Assembly (NCBI GenBank): GCA_964575605.1
Contig: CAZNRN010000020.1
Location: 306 to 64,305 of the forward strand
Reading direction: 5' to 3'
Origin: an uncultured Micavibrio sp.
GTDB lineage: Bacteria; Pseudomonadota; Alphaproteobacteria; Micavibrionales; UBA2020
Length of the DNA stretch: 64,000 nucleotides
Every line of letters starts with the position of its first letter. Within the stretch, counting starts at the first letter, position 1. This document shows, piece after piece, positions 45,454 through 56,559 of the stretch. Below the pieces are notes generated by a model. The model did no database searches and was not told the DNA's origin. It saw only the letters and a list, made by a program, of their open reading frames with translations. The position numbers and the translations under genes are program-made.

Positions 45454-46269
45454 TTAGTTACCGAGCCGCGGCGGCTTCGACAGGCCGCCGATGGCCGAAA
45501 CGTCCGAGGTGCCGCCACGCTGGCGCAGTTCGGCCAGGGCGGATTCGAGGCTGGATTTGTCGCCGATCTGGTCGAAGCCGCGGGTTTCCACCGTTTCGGC
45601 GCTGGTCTCGAGGTTGCGGTAGAGCGTGGTGCGTTCGCGCGCCGCAAAATTGAAAATCTCGGTGATGCGGTAGCCAATGGCGGGCTCTTCCGTCACGCGC
45701 GCGATGCGCTCGCCGGGCAGTTTGCGCCACTGGCCGTCGTCTTCGGGTTTGGCCTCCGCCACGGCGGCGGGCGTTGCCGCCGCGGGCATCAGGCTGCGGA
45801 GCAGCGCCGCCGCATCTTCCTGACGGTTCTGTTGCGCCATATAGAGCGGCGTGCGGTTGTTGTAATTTTTCTCGGACGGGTTCATGCCCTGCGCGACAAG
45901 GTACCGGATAACGTCTTCATGCCCGCGTTCCGCCGCCGTATGCAGCGCGCTGCTGCCGTTGCTGTTCTTTTTATGCAGCAGCTGCGGGTTGACGGCCAGC
46001 AGCATCTGGCAGATCTCGACGCTGCCGTTGCGCGCGGCGTGGTGGAGCAGCGTGCCCTCCCCGCCGTCCGGCGCATCGACGCGCGCGCCCTTGTCGAGCA
46101 GCATCTGCGCCGCGTCGCGGTTGCCGTTGTAAACCGCATGCCAGAGCAGCGAACGGCCTTCGGCATCGGTGCCGTTGGCGTCGACGCCGCGGTCGAGCAG
46201 CCCTTTCACTTCCGCGTTCTCGGCGTGGGAAATGGCGTAAATCACCCTGTTGCGGCCGAAGAAAACCAT
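45454..46269 (-). CDS. Ankyrin-repeat protein with conserved FNFA-RER C-terminal module (copy A)
   Basis: ANK repeats (RSLLWHAVYNGNRDAAQMLLDKGARVD, TLLHHAARNGSVEICQMLL, SALHTAAERGHEDVIRYLVAQGMNP). CTD: W..L....IA.VT.....GYRITEIFNFAARER ... FD ... GG ... KPPRLGN. Confidence 0.8.
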   Translation of the reverse strand: MVFFGRNRVIYAISHAENAEVKGLLDRGVDANGTDAEGRSLLWHAVYNGNRDAAQMLLDKGARVDAPDGGEGTLLHHAARNGSVEICQMLLAVNPQLLHKKNSNGSSALHTAAERGHEDVIRYLVAQGMNPSEKNYNNRTPLYMAQQNRQEDAAALLRSLMPAAATPAAVAEAKPEDDGQWRKLPGERIARVTEEPAIGYRITEIFNFAARERTTLYRNLETSAETVETRGFDQIGDKSSLESALAELRQRGGTSDVSAIGGLSKPPRLGN

Positions 46270-46270
46270 G

Positions 46271-47044
46271 TCAGCCCTGCTGCGGCGGCGGCAACCGCGG
46301 CGATTTTTTCAGGCTGCCGGATTCCACAACCGCGGGGTCGGCATGGCCGCCCAGCGCCTGCAGCGCATTGAAGGCATCCTGCAACTGCTGGCGGTCGGGC
46401 AGGCGGTCGAAAGACGTGCTTTCCATCGTATCCGCGCCGGTTTTAAGGTTGTTGACGATACGGATGCGTTCGCGGCTGGCGAAATTGAACACATCGGTCA
46501 TCTTGTAGCCGAGCTTGGCATTCAGCGAGGTGACAGCCACCTGCCCGTCGCCCATCAGTTCCCACTCGCCCGCCTTTACAACAGGCGCGGGTGCTGCGGG
46601 TGCGGCCTCGATCGCTTTGGGCTGCGGCTGCAGGTCGACAAGGTGCGCGATTTTCTTGGTGAAAGGCGCCAGCACTTCGGCCACTTCGGTGGCGCCGCGC
46701 GCGCGGGCCCAGCCGAAAGCGGTGCGGCCCTCGACGCTGAGCAGGTTCGCATTTGCGCCTGCGTTCATCAGGCGCACGACGACGGCAAGGCGGCCTTCGT
46801 AGGCGGCGGCATGCAGCGGCGTCCAGTCATACTGGTTCTTGCGGTCGACTTCCGCGCCTTTTTTCAAAAGCATCTCGACCATTTCCTCGTAGCCGTTGAC
46901 GGCGGCAAGATGCAGCGCCGTGTCGCGGCAGTCGCCGATATCAAGGTCGATACAGCCGGGGTGTTCGTCGATCAGTTTCGACAGCTTGTCGGTTTTGCGG
47001 CTCATCACAAGCTTGCGCATCTTGCGCTTGAGGAAATAATGCAT
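46271..47044 (-). CDS. Ankyrin-repeat protein with conserved FNFA-RER C-terminal module (copy B)
   Basis: ANK repeats (TALHLAAVNGYEEMVEMLLKKGAEVD, TPLHAAAYEGRLAVVVRLMNAGANAN). CTD: GYKMTDVFNFASRERIRIVNNLKTGADTMESTSFD. There is a 1-nt gap to each neighbouring gene. Confidence 0.8.
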   Translation of the reverse strand: MHYFLKRKMRKLVMSRKTDKLSKLIDEHPGCIDLDIGDCRDTALHLAAVNGYEEMVEMLLKKGAEVDRKNQYDWTPLHAAAYEGRLAVVVRLMNAGANANLLSVEGRTAFGWARARGATEVAEVLAPFTKKIAHLVDLQPQPKAIEAAPAAPAPVVKAGEWELMGDGQVAVTSLNAKLGYKMTDVFNFASRERIRIVNNLKTGADTMESTSFDRLPDRQQLQDAFNALQALGGHADPAVVESGSLKKSPRLPPPQQG

Positions 47045-47045
47045 A

Positions 47046-47891
47046 TCAGGGCTTCCTTTCCGGCGCCTGCAGCCGCGGTTTCACGGAGGCGAAGCCCGCG
47101 GTATTGCCGCCCAGTTCTTTTAGCGCGGCATGCGCTTCGTCCAGCTGGCGGCGGTCGGGCAGCGCGTCGAAAGGCGTGGTTTCGATGTTGTCGGCCTTGG
47201 TCTTGAGGTTATTCACGATGCGCAGGCGTTCGCGGCTGGCGAAATTAAACACTTCGGTAATCTGGTAGCCGAGTTCGGGCATGGACGACACAGTGGCAAC
47301 GCTGCTGTCGGATACTTTTTTCCACTTCGCGGGCGGTGCAACGGGTACGGCCTCGATTGCCTTCACTGCGGGTTTCTTGACGCTTTCCAGCAGGTCGACG
47401 ATGTCCTGGTGGTTGCCCTGGAAGGCGTAACCGATGGCCAGCTTGTCATGCGCGCCCTTGATGGCGGGATCGAAGCCGTGCTTCAGCAAAATCTCGACAA
47501 TTTCTTTATGCCCGGCCGCCGCGGCGCAATGCAGCGCGGTGTTGCGGTGGCCGTCAACGCGGTTTTTCAGCGTATTGTCGTATTTGTCGTGTTCCAGCAG
47601 GCGTTCGACCAGCGCCTTATGCCCGTGCTCGGCCGCCACGTGCAGCAGCGTGCAGTAACGGTTGCCGGTTGCTTCGTGATGGCCGTAGTTTTTGGTGAAA
47701 TCGGCGCCGCGGCGGATGAGCAGGTCGACAACCTCGACATGGCCCGCAATCGCGGCGGCCAGTATCGGCGTCATGCCGTAAAATGTTTCGCTGGAAACGT
47801 CGTAGCCCCGGTCGAGAAGCTTCTCGACCGTCTTCACGTCGCCCCGTTCGATAGCGGCATAGATGCGCTCATGGCGGCTCAGGCCGAACAT
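47046..47891 (-). CDS. Ankyrin-repeat protein with conserved FNFA-RER C-terminal module (copy C)
   Basis: ANK repeats (TPILAAAIAGHVEVVDLLIRRGADF, TLLHVAAEHGHKALVERLL, TALHCAAAAGHKEIVEILLKHGFDP). CTD: GYQITEVFNFASRERLRIVNNLKTKADNIETTPFD. Confidence 0.8.
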   Translation of the reverse strand: MFGLSRHERIYAAIERGDVKTVEKLLDRGYDVSSETFYGMTPILAAAIAGHVEVVDLLIRRGADFTKNYGHHEATGNRYCTLLHVAAEHGHKALVERLLEHDKYDNTLKNRVDGHRNTALHCAAAAGHKEIVEILLKHGFDPAIKGAHDKLAIGYAFQGNHQDIVDLLESVKKPAVKAIEAVPVAPPAKWKKVSDSSVATVSSMPELGYQITEVFNFASRERLRIVNNLKTKADNIETTPFDALPDRRQLDEAHAALKELGGNTAGFASVKPRLQAPERKP

Positions 47892-47978
47892 GCGGCCTCA
47901 CTCGACTTCAGCAAGCGGAAATAAACGCGGCGCATGCACATGGCCCGAACTTCGCTGGTGATTGTGTAACGATGTACT

Positions 47979-48007
47979 TTGATAGCCGTAATAACGCGCA
48001 GCGTCAA
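47979..48007 (-). promoter_or_regulatory. Sigma-70-type promoter for the ANK operon (TTGACG-N17-TATCAA)
   Basis: Minus strand: TTGACG (48007..48002) and TATCAA (47984..47979), about 90 nt upstream of the start at 47891. Confidence 0.4.
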
Positions 48008-48066
48008 TTCTGGCAAAGGCGCAGGACGCGGCCTAAAATATCCATAATCTTAAAACAAGCGTGAAA

Positions 48067-48825
48067 TTATTTGCGTTTCTTGCGCGCGGGGGCTGTGCGC
48101 TTGGCCTTTGCGGCAGGCTTCGCGCGTTTTATGGGTTTCGGCGTCTCGGCCAGCAGCGCCTTGCGCTCCTTCTCCGGGAATCGCTCGATGGCATATCTGA
48201 GCGTCGTGCGCGGCATGCGCGGGCCGTTCTTTTTGATAAAGGCCTTCAGGCGCGGCATGTCTTTCTTGCCGGCTTCGCGCAGCATCCAGCCCGTCGCCTT
48301 GTGGATCAGGTCTTCGTCGTCATCCAGCAGCTTTTCCGCCAGCTTGAAAGCATCATCGACATCGCCGTTGCGGATGAAGTGCCAGGTCGAGACCATGGCG
48401 ATGCGCCTGTCCCACATCGATTTGGCAATCGCCATGCGGTAAAGCAGCTCGCGCCCGCGTTCCATCAGGTAAGGGCCCACGATATAGGGCGCGCTGTCGT
48501 CGACGCCGTCCCACTGCCGGATGGAGCCGCGGTGTTCCATGTAGAACTCGAAGATCTTGCGCTGCGCGATATCGTCGGCCTTCTTGAACTGCAACCGCAA
48601 AATCGCATGGGCGAGCGAGCGTTCGTCATGCACGTTCGAGGTAATAAGCTCTTTCAGGTGGTCGAAGCCGAGGTCGTGGAACTCCTTCGCAACGCCGCGC
48701 AGCAGCGGCGTGGTGACGCCCAGGAATTCGTCGTTCTTCGTATCCTTGAAGAAGCCGCGGTAGGTCTTCGCCTTTTTGGGGTTGGCGTGGCGGCGCAGGG
48801 CCTTGCGCGCGGCGGCAGCTGTCAT
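48067..48825 (-). CDS. DNA alkylation repair protein (AlkD-like HEAT-repeat)
   Basis: RRHANPKKAKTYRGFFKDTKNDEFLGVTTPLLRGVAKEF ... HDERSLAHAIL ... WMLREAGKKD fits the AlkC/AlkD-like family pattern. The tail is Lys/Ala-rich. Confidence 0.72.
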   Translation of the reverse strand: MTAAAARKALRRHANPKKAKTYRGFFKDTKNDEFLGVTTPLLRGVAKEFHDLGFDHLKELITSNVHDERSLAHAILRLQFKKADDIAQRKIFEFYMEHRGSIRQWDGVDDSAPYIVGPYLMERGRELLYRMAIAKSMWDRRIAMVSTWHFIRNGDVDDAFKLAEKLLDDDEDLIHKATGWMLREAGKKDMPRLKAFIKKNGPRMPRTTLRYAIERFPEKERKALLAETPKPIKRAKPAAKAKRTAPARKKRK

Positions 48826-48843
48826 GACGGCACCTTTTGAAGG

Positions 48844-50808
<1,965 letters not shown>

Positions 50809-50897
50809 GCAGCTCCACCCTCGTAAAAGCGCAAAAAAGCGCGCGCATTCCACGCGCACTTTGTGCGCATTTACAATTATATAGTGCCACAGAGGGC

Positions 50898-52184
50898 TTA
50901 AACAATATTTACAGGGGGCGGGAAAATGGCCTGCCCTTTTTCGAGGCCTTTGGCGGCGGGCGAAACCCAGCTAAGGGACGGAAGCGCAAGGATAATATCG
51001 CCTTTGATGATGGCCGGAAGGGTCTTTTTGACCTTGAAAGGCAGGCTTTCAAGGCGCTTGAGCGCGTCCTCGTGCGGCGGAGATGCGGTTCTGATGGCCG
51101 CCAAGCCCTGTTCTCCAAGCGCGCTGATGGCGCCGGAGTCGGGCGGAAAGCCGGTCAGGCGGAAGCGTCCGTCCCAGACCATGCCCTCCGTCACGGCGGC
51201 GGCGGGGGCGACCGCGGCATATTCGCGGCAGAAAAGGATGTCCTCGCTTTGATAGAAAATTTCACAACCGGCGAGCGTGCGCCCCGAAAATTCCATTTCC
51301 AGCATGGCGAGGCGCAGCGCCTCCACCGCCTCGAACCCCGTCGCGTAATGCCCCTGTTCAAAGGGCGCGAGGCAGAGGGAGAGCAGGCGGCGCTGCAGGT
51401 CGGCGGGCAGGTTTTTCCAGCCTTCCGCTTTCAGCGAAACAAATCCTTCGGGATGGAGTGTGGCGAGGGACTGAAAGTATGTTGCTGCAACAAATTGCAA
51501 AGCATCGCGCGCATCGCCCAGTTTTTGCAATACCTGCGACAGGCGGCGCGGCGTGAGGCCTTCGCCCGCCAGCAGGTCTTCGAACTGGCGCAGCTTCACG
51601 CGCAGGAATTTTTCGTTGGCGTTGGAAGGATCTTCGATCCATTCGATATTGTTGTCACGGCACACGGTGCGTAGGTCTTCGCGCGACACGTTGAGAAGCG
51701 GGCGGATTATCGTCACACCGATTTCCGTCCTCACTTCTGCCATGGCAGCGAGGCCGTCGATGCCGCTACCGTGGGCGAGGCGCATCCAGAAGGTTTCAAC
51801 CTGGTCTTCAAGGTTATGCGCGACAGCCAGAACGGGGATATCGTGGCGGCGGCAGGCGGCCAGCAATAAACGGTAACGCGCGGCGCGCGCTTCTTCCTGT
51901 ATATGCGTCAGCGGCTTGTCGCCCTGCCATTTCAAGATTTCATGGGCGATGCCGCGCGCGGATAAAATCTTTTGCACCGCCAAAGCTTCGTCGCTTGATC
52001 CCGCGCGCAGGCCGTGGTCGACGGTGAAGGCTGTCAGCCGAACGTTGTTTGTTTTCGCCCATTCCTGCAACAGCACAGCCAATGCCATGCTGTCGCCGCC
52101 GCCCGATACGGCCACGGCAATATGCGATGCAGGGGGCATCAGCCCCTGCAGGACAGCGGCGAATGTTTCAGGTGTCAGGGACAT
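50898..52184 (-). CDS. tilS: tRNA(Ile)-lysidine synthase
   Basis: PP-loop [12 protein letters not shown]; 428 aa; position upstream of ftsH. Confidence 0.88.
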   Translation of the reverse strand: MSLTPETFAAVLQGLMPPASHIAVAVSGGGDSMALAVLLQEWAKTNNVRLTAFTVDHGLRAGSSDEALAVQKILSARGIAHEILKWQGDKPLTHIQEEARAARYRLLLAACRRHDIPVLAVAHNLEDQVETFWMRLAHGSGIDGLAAMAEVRTEIGVTIIRPLLNVSREDLRTVCRDNNIEWIEDPSNANEKFLRVKLRQFEDLLAGEGLTPRRLSQVLQKLGDARDALQFVAATYFQSLATLHPEGFVSLKAEGWKNLPADLQRRLLSLCLAPFEQGHYATGFEAVEALRLAMLEMEFSGRTLAGCEIFYQSEDILFCREYAAVAPAAAVTEGMVWDGRFRLTGFPPDSGAISALGEQGLAAIRTASPPHEDALKRLESLPFKVKKTLPAIIKGDIILALPSLSWVSPAAKGLEKGQAIFPPPVNIV

Positions 52185-52202
52185 GTGAAGCCGCGTGAGC
52201 CC

Positions 52203-53129
52203 TTAACCCGGGCAATTTATCTGCTTCATTTCCTGCTGCGCGGCGCGCATCACGGCGGTCTGTTCGCCCGGGAAATCTTTTTTCAGCTGCTTGAACGACA
52301 GGCAGGCGTCGTCCTTCTTGCCGAGGCGGGAGAGCGACAGGCCGAGCTTGAGCAGGCTGTCGGGCGCTTTCGAGCCCTGCGGATAATCCTGGTAGCCTTG
52401 CGCGAACAATTTCGCCGACTGGCGGTAATCGCCGCGCACGTAATAGGTTTCGGCCAGCCAGTATTGCGCGTTGGAGGCCAGCGCATGGTTCGGGTAGCTG
52501 CCCATGAAGCTGCGGAATTTTGTCGCCGCGCTGTCGTATTTCGCGTTGCGGATATCCGTGAAGGCGTCTTCGTAAAGGCTGTCGGCCGAACCGCCCGCCG
52601 CGCCGCCCGAGGACGACATGGTGCCCAGCACGTTCGATTTATAGCCGTTGCTGTTATACACGGGGCCGCCGCTGCTGCCGTCCGAGACGGGTGCGACATA
52701 GCTTGCGCCGCCCGAAGCGGAAGAGGTTTGCGCGCTGCGGCTGGCCGGCATCGCGCCGTCCATCGCCGCGCGGTTCAGGCGGTCGTTCATCTGGGTCAGT
52801 TCGTATTGCATTTGTTCGAGCTTGCCGGTGATTTCGCGCTGCTGCTGCTCGATCGCCGCCATGCGGTCTTCGTAGGCCGCGGCGGAGCCGGGCGAGACGT
52901 CGGCGGAATAGCTGGGCGTGGCCGCAGGCATGGGGCCGCCGCGGTACATCGCGCGGCTCATGGTCTGCACCTGGTTTTCCAGCTGGTTGATGCGCGAGAT
53001 CAGCTGGCTGTTGTCCTGGTTCTGCGAGAAGGCGGCTGTCGCGGGCGCCGCCGACAGCATAAAGCACAAGGCCCCTGCTGTGAGCAGGAGCCTTGCGTTA
53101 AAGCCTTTATGATAGAAAGCGGCAGCCAT
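52203..53129 (-). CDS. cpoB: Tol-Pal system protein CpoB/YbgF
   Basis: Signal peptide, a coiled-coil (QLENQVQTMSRAMY ... LEQMQYELTQMNDRL) and C-terminal TPR repeats (YEDAFTDIRNAKYDSAATKF ... AQYWLAETYY ... LKLGLSL). Confidence 0.85.
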   Translation of the reverse strand: MAAAFYHKGFNARLLLTAGALCFMLSAAPATAAFSQNQDNSQLISRINQLENQVQTMSRAMYRGGPMPAATPSYSADVSPGSAAAYEDRMAAIEQQQREITGKLEQMQYELTQMNDRLNRAAMDGAMPASRSAQTSSASGGASYVAPVSDGSSGGPVYNSNGYKSNVLGTMSSSGGAAGGSADSLYEDAFTDIRNAKYDSAATKFRSFMGSYPNHALASNAQYWLAETYYVRGDYRQSAKLFAQGYQDYPQGSKAPDSLLKLGLSLSRLGKKDDACLSFKQLKKDFPGEQTAVMRAAQQEMKQINCPG

Positions 53130-53647
53130 TACTGGACCACCAGCACTCCGCGGCGGTTTTGCGCCCAGGAGGTTTCATCCGCGCCCATCACAGCCGGGCG
53201 TTCTTTGCCGTAGCTGATGGTCTGGAGGCGGGAGGGCTCGACGCCGTTCGCGATCAGGTAGTTGCGGACCGCAGAAGCGCGTTTTTCGCCGAGTGCGATG
53301 TTGTATTCGCGGGTGCCGCGCTCGTCTGCGTGGCCTTCGACCATGATGCTGACCGAGGGATAGGTTTTCAGCCACTGTGCCTGGCGCTCGATGGTCGAGC
53401 GGGCTTCGGAGGTCAGGTCGTACTGGTCGTAACCGAAGAAGACGCGGTCGCCGACGTTGACGACGAGATCCTGCTGCGAACCGGGCACGGGGCCGTTCGG
53501 GTCGGTCGAGGTGGTCTGCGTCGTGGTCTGGTCCATCTGGCCCGTACCGACGCTGTCACCGGTGTTCTTGTTCTTGGGATCGCAGGCCGTCAACCCGGTG
53601 ACAAGCACCGCAATGGCGAGGAAACTGATGATCTGACGCGCACCCAT
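53129..53647 (-). CDS. pal: Peptidoglycan-associated lipoprotein Pal
   Basis: Lipobox LTAC, and the OmpA-like domain VEGHADERGTREYNIALGEKRASAVRNYL. Confidence 0.92.
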   Translation of the reverse strand: MGARQIISFLAIAVLVTGLTACDPKNKNTGDSVGTGQMDQTTTQTTSTDPNGPVPGSQQDLVVNVGDRVFFGYDQYDLTSEARSTIERQAQWLKTYPSVSIMVEGHADERGTREYNIALGEKRASAVRNYLIANGVEPSRLQTISYGKERPAVMGADETSWAQNRRGVLVVQ

Positions 53648-53824
53648 TTGATAACTCCTTGTATCTTTTGCTGGTTTGGGGAGAAATTCCCCTCTGACTG
53701 TTTTATACGTACCTATTTATGAGTACAAGACCTTCCGCAGGTTTTTTTTGGCGAAGGCCAACCCCATATCTGCTATAAAACCCCTGAAAAGCGATTGGAG
53801 TTCCTTTTGACCTTATTTCCGGCC

Positions 53825-56047
53825 ATGCAAAGCGGCGACCCTTTGTCATATCTCGACACCCTGAACCCTGCACAACGCGAAGCGGTGGAAACGACCGATG
53901 GCCCCGTGCTGGTGCTGGCGGGTGCGGGCACAGGCAAGACCAAGGTTTTGACGACCCGCCTTGGCTATATCATGGCCACGCACCGTGCCGACCACTGGCA
54001 GATTTTCGCCGTCACCTTCACCAACAAGGCGGCGCAGGAAATGAAGAACCGCGTGTCGTGGATTCTGGGCGGGCGCCCGGTGGAGGGCATGTGGATCGGC
54101 ACCTTCCACTCGCTGGCCGCGCGTATGCTGCGCGCCCATGCGGGGCTGGTGGGGCTGAAGCCCAATTTCACCATCCTGGACGAAGACGACCAGATACGGC
54201 TGCTGAAACAGCTGCTCGAGGCCGAAAACATCGACCCGAAAAAATGGGCGCCCAAGATGCTGCTGGGTATCATCCAGAAATGGAAGGACCGCGCCGAACT
54301 GCCCGGCCAGCAGCGCGCCAGTGACGCGGGCGAGGCGGCGGACGGCAAGCTGCCGAAACTTTACGCACAATATCAGGAACGCCTGCGCACGCTGAACGCC
54401 TGCGATTTCGGCGACCTGTTGATGCACATGATCACCATCTTCCGCGACCCCGCGAATACCGATGTGCTGGCGCGCTACCAGAACCAGTTCAAATATCTAC
54501 TGGTCGACGAATATCAGGACACCAATACGTCGCAATACCTGTGGCTGCGGCTGCTGGCGCAGAAGCACAAGAACATCTGCTGCGTGGGCGATGACGACCA
54601 GTCGATTTACGGCTGGCGCGGCGCGGAGATTGGCAACATTTTGAAATTCGAGCAGGACTTCCCCGGCGCGAAAATCATCCGGCTGGAGCAGAACTACCGC
54701 TCGACCCAGCATATCCTGAGCGCTGCGAACGGCGTCATCGGGCATAACAAGGGGCGCCTTGGCAAAAACCTTTGGAGTGCGGCGGGCGACGGCGAAAAGG
54801 TGCGCCTGAGGGGCGTCTGGGACGCGCAGACCGAAGCGCAGTCGGTGGCCGAGGAAATCGAGGATTTGCAGCGCAAGAAAACATCGCTGAACGAAATGGC
54901 CGTGCTGGTGCGCGCCGCGCACCAGATGCGCACGTTCGAGGATGTTTTTTTAAAGCTCAGCATCCCCTACCGCGTCATCGGCGGCCCGCGCTTTTTCGAG
55001 CGGCAGGAAATTCGCGACGCCATGGCCTATATCCGCGTTATCGTGCAGCCGGATGACGACCTTGCCTTCCAGCGCATCATCAACGTGCCCAAACGCGGCA
55101 TCGGCGACGCGACACTGAACATGCTGTCGGGCTTCGCGCGCACCAAGGGGATGTCGATGACCGCGGCGCTGCGGCTGCTGCTGGACACGGATGAATTCAA
55201 GCCCAAGGTGCGCGACACGCTGCGCATCCTGATGCGCGATTTCGACCGCTGGCGCGAGCAGCTGCGCACGATACCGCACCCCGAACTGGCGCAGATCGTG
55301 CTGGATGAATCGGGATACACCGGAATGTGGCAGGCCGACAAATCGCCGGAGGCCGCAGGCCGCCTCGAGAACCTGAAAGAACTTGTTTCGGCCATAACCG
55401 AATACGATAACTTCGATTTATTCCTCGAGCACGTGGCGCTGGTCATGGAAAACCAGCAGGCCGAAGACGTGGAAAAAGTCACCATCATGACGCTGCATGC
55501 GGCCAAGGGCCTCGAGTTCGACGCGGTCTTCCTGCCCGGGTGGGAGGAAGGGCTTTTCCCCAGCCAGCGCAGCATGGATGAAAACGGCGTGACGGGGCTG
55601 GAGGAAGAACGCCGCCTTGCCTATGTGGGCATCACGCGCGCCAAAAAACTGTCGTATATCTACTTCGCAGCCAACCGCGTCACCTATGGCAACTGGCAAA
55701 GCTGCCTGCCGTCGCGCTTCCTGGACGAACTGCCGAAGGACCATGTGGACGTGAAATCCGACAGCGGGCTTTACCGCCCGCAGGCGCAGACTTCGTCTTC
55801 TTCATACGGCGCAGGCTGGCACCGGCAAAGCCGCGCCGAGCTGGTCGACAACAGCATCGACCGCATCAGCCCGTCCCTTGCCTCCGAAGGCGGTTTTTCG
55901 GCGGGCGACCGCGTCTTCCACCAGAAATTCGGCTATGGCACCGTGGTGATGACCGAGGGCGACAAGCTCGACATCAAATTCGACAAGGCCGGCCGCAAAA
56001 AAGTCATCGACAGCTTCGTTTCCAAAGAGGGCGAGGAAAACCCGTAA
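53825..56047 (+). CDS. uvrD: ATP-dependent DNA helicase UvrD/Rep family
   Basis: LNPAQREAV ... AGAGTGKT ... VDEYQDTN ... TLHAAKGLEF ... YVGITRA. The ATG at 53825 is preferred over the TTG at 53795. Confidence 0.92.
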   Translation: MQSGDPLSYLDTLNPAQREAVETTDGPVLVLAGAGTGKTKVLTTRLGYIMATHRADHWQIFAVTFTNKAAQEMKNRVSWILGGRPVEGMWIGTFHSLAARMLRAHAGLVGLKPNFTILDEDDQIRLLKQLLEAENIDPKKWAPKMLLGIIQKWKDRAELPGQQRASDAGEAADGKLPKLYAQYQERLRTLNACDFGDLLMHMITIFRDPANTDVLARYQNQFKYLLVDEYQDTNTSQYLWLRLLAQKHKNICCVGDDDQSIYGWRGAEIGNILKFEQDFPGAKIIRLEQNYRSTQHILSAANGVIGHNKGRLGKNLWSAAGDGEKVRLRGVWDAQTEAQSVAEEIEDLQRKKTSLNEMAVLVRAAHQMRTFEDVFLKLSIPYRVIGGPRFFERQEIRDAMAYIRVIVQPDDDLAFQRIINVPKRGIGDATLNMLSGFARTKGMSMTAALRLLLDTDEFKPKVRDTLRILMRDFDRWREQLRTIPHPELAQIVLDESGYTGMWQADKSPEAAGRLENLKELVSAITEYDNFDLFLEHVALVMENQQAEDVEKVTIMTLHAAKGLEFDAVFLPGWEEGLFPSQRSMDENGVTGLEEERRLAYVGITRAKKLSYIYFAANRVTYGNWQSCLPSRFLDELPKDHVDVKSDSGLYRPQAQTSSSSYGAGWHRQSRAELVDNSIDRISPSLASEGGFSAGDRVFHQKFGYGTVVMTEGDKLDIKFDKAGRKKVIDSFVSKEGEENP

Positions 56048-56052
56048 ACCCT

Positions 56053-56208
56053 CATCTCCCCCTGCGGGAGAGGAGATGTCGCGAAGCGACAGAGGTGAGG
56101 GGCGCGCGCGTCTGCGCGCATTGAGCTCTTACGCCTTCTCACGTACACTTACGCATCGCGCAGACGCGCGTACCCCTCACCCTAACCCTCTCCCGCAAGG
56201 GGAGAGGG
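56053..56208. repeat. Nested inverted-repeat block preceding the DUF559 gene
   Basis: Three elements: hairpin CATCTCC ... GGAGATG (56053-56078); a 25-nt inverted repeat 56094-56118 / 56157-56181 (23 of 25 matches); and hairpin CCCTCTCCC-GCAAG-GGGAGAGGG (56186-56208). Confidence 0.7.
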
Positions 56209-56223
56209 AAAAGCGGACAAAAA

Positions 56224-56559
56224 TTGACTGAGTTCAGATCAAAACAGTTACGGGCGAACGCGACAGAGGCAGAAAAACTTCTCTGGCAGCGTATCCGCAA
56301 CCGCCAGCTGGGATGTAAATTTCGCAGGCAAGTAGAGGTTGGCCCCTATTACCCCGATTTTACCTGTTTTGAATTGCGCCTGATTATCGAATTGGATGGC
56401 GGACAACATACACAGGACAAGGACAAAGAAAGAACATCCGTTCTTGAAAGATACGGCTACACCGTTATCCGCTTTTGGAACCACGATGTTTTGGGTAATA
56501 TCGACGGAGTGCTGGAAACGCTCCAGACCGCTATCGCCGCACAGGAGAAACCCCCATGA
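56224..56559 (+). CDS. DUF559 endonuclease-domain protein (Vsr-like fold)
   Basis: LRANATEAEKLLWQRIRNRQLGCKFRRQVEVGPYYPDFTCFELRLIIELDGGQH ... RFWNHDV is the canonical DUF559 pattern. It has a TTG start and overlaps the next gene by 4 nt. Confidence 0.88.
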   Translation: MTEFRSKQLRANATEAEKLLWQRIRNRQLGCKFRRQVEVGPYYPDFTCFELRLIIELDGGQHTQDKDKERTSVLERYGYTVIRFWNHDVLGNIDGVLETLQTAIAAQEKPP

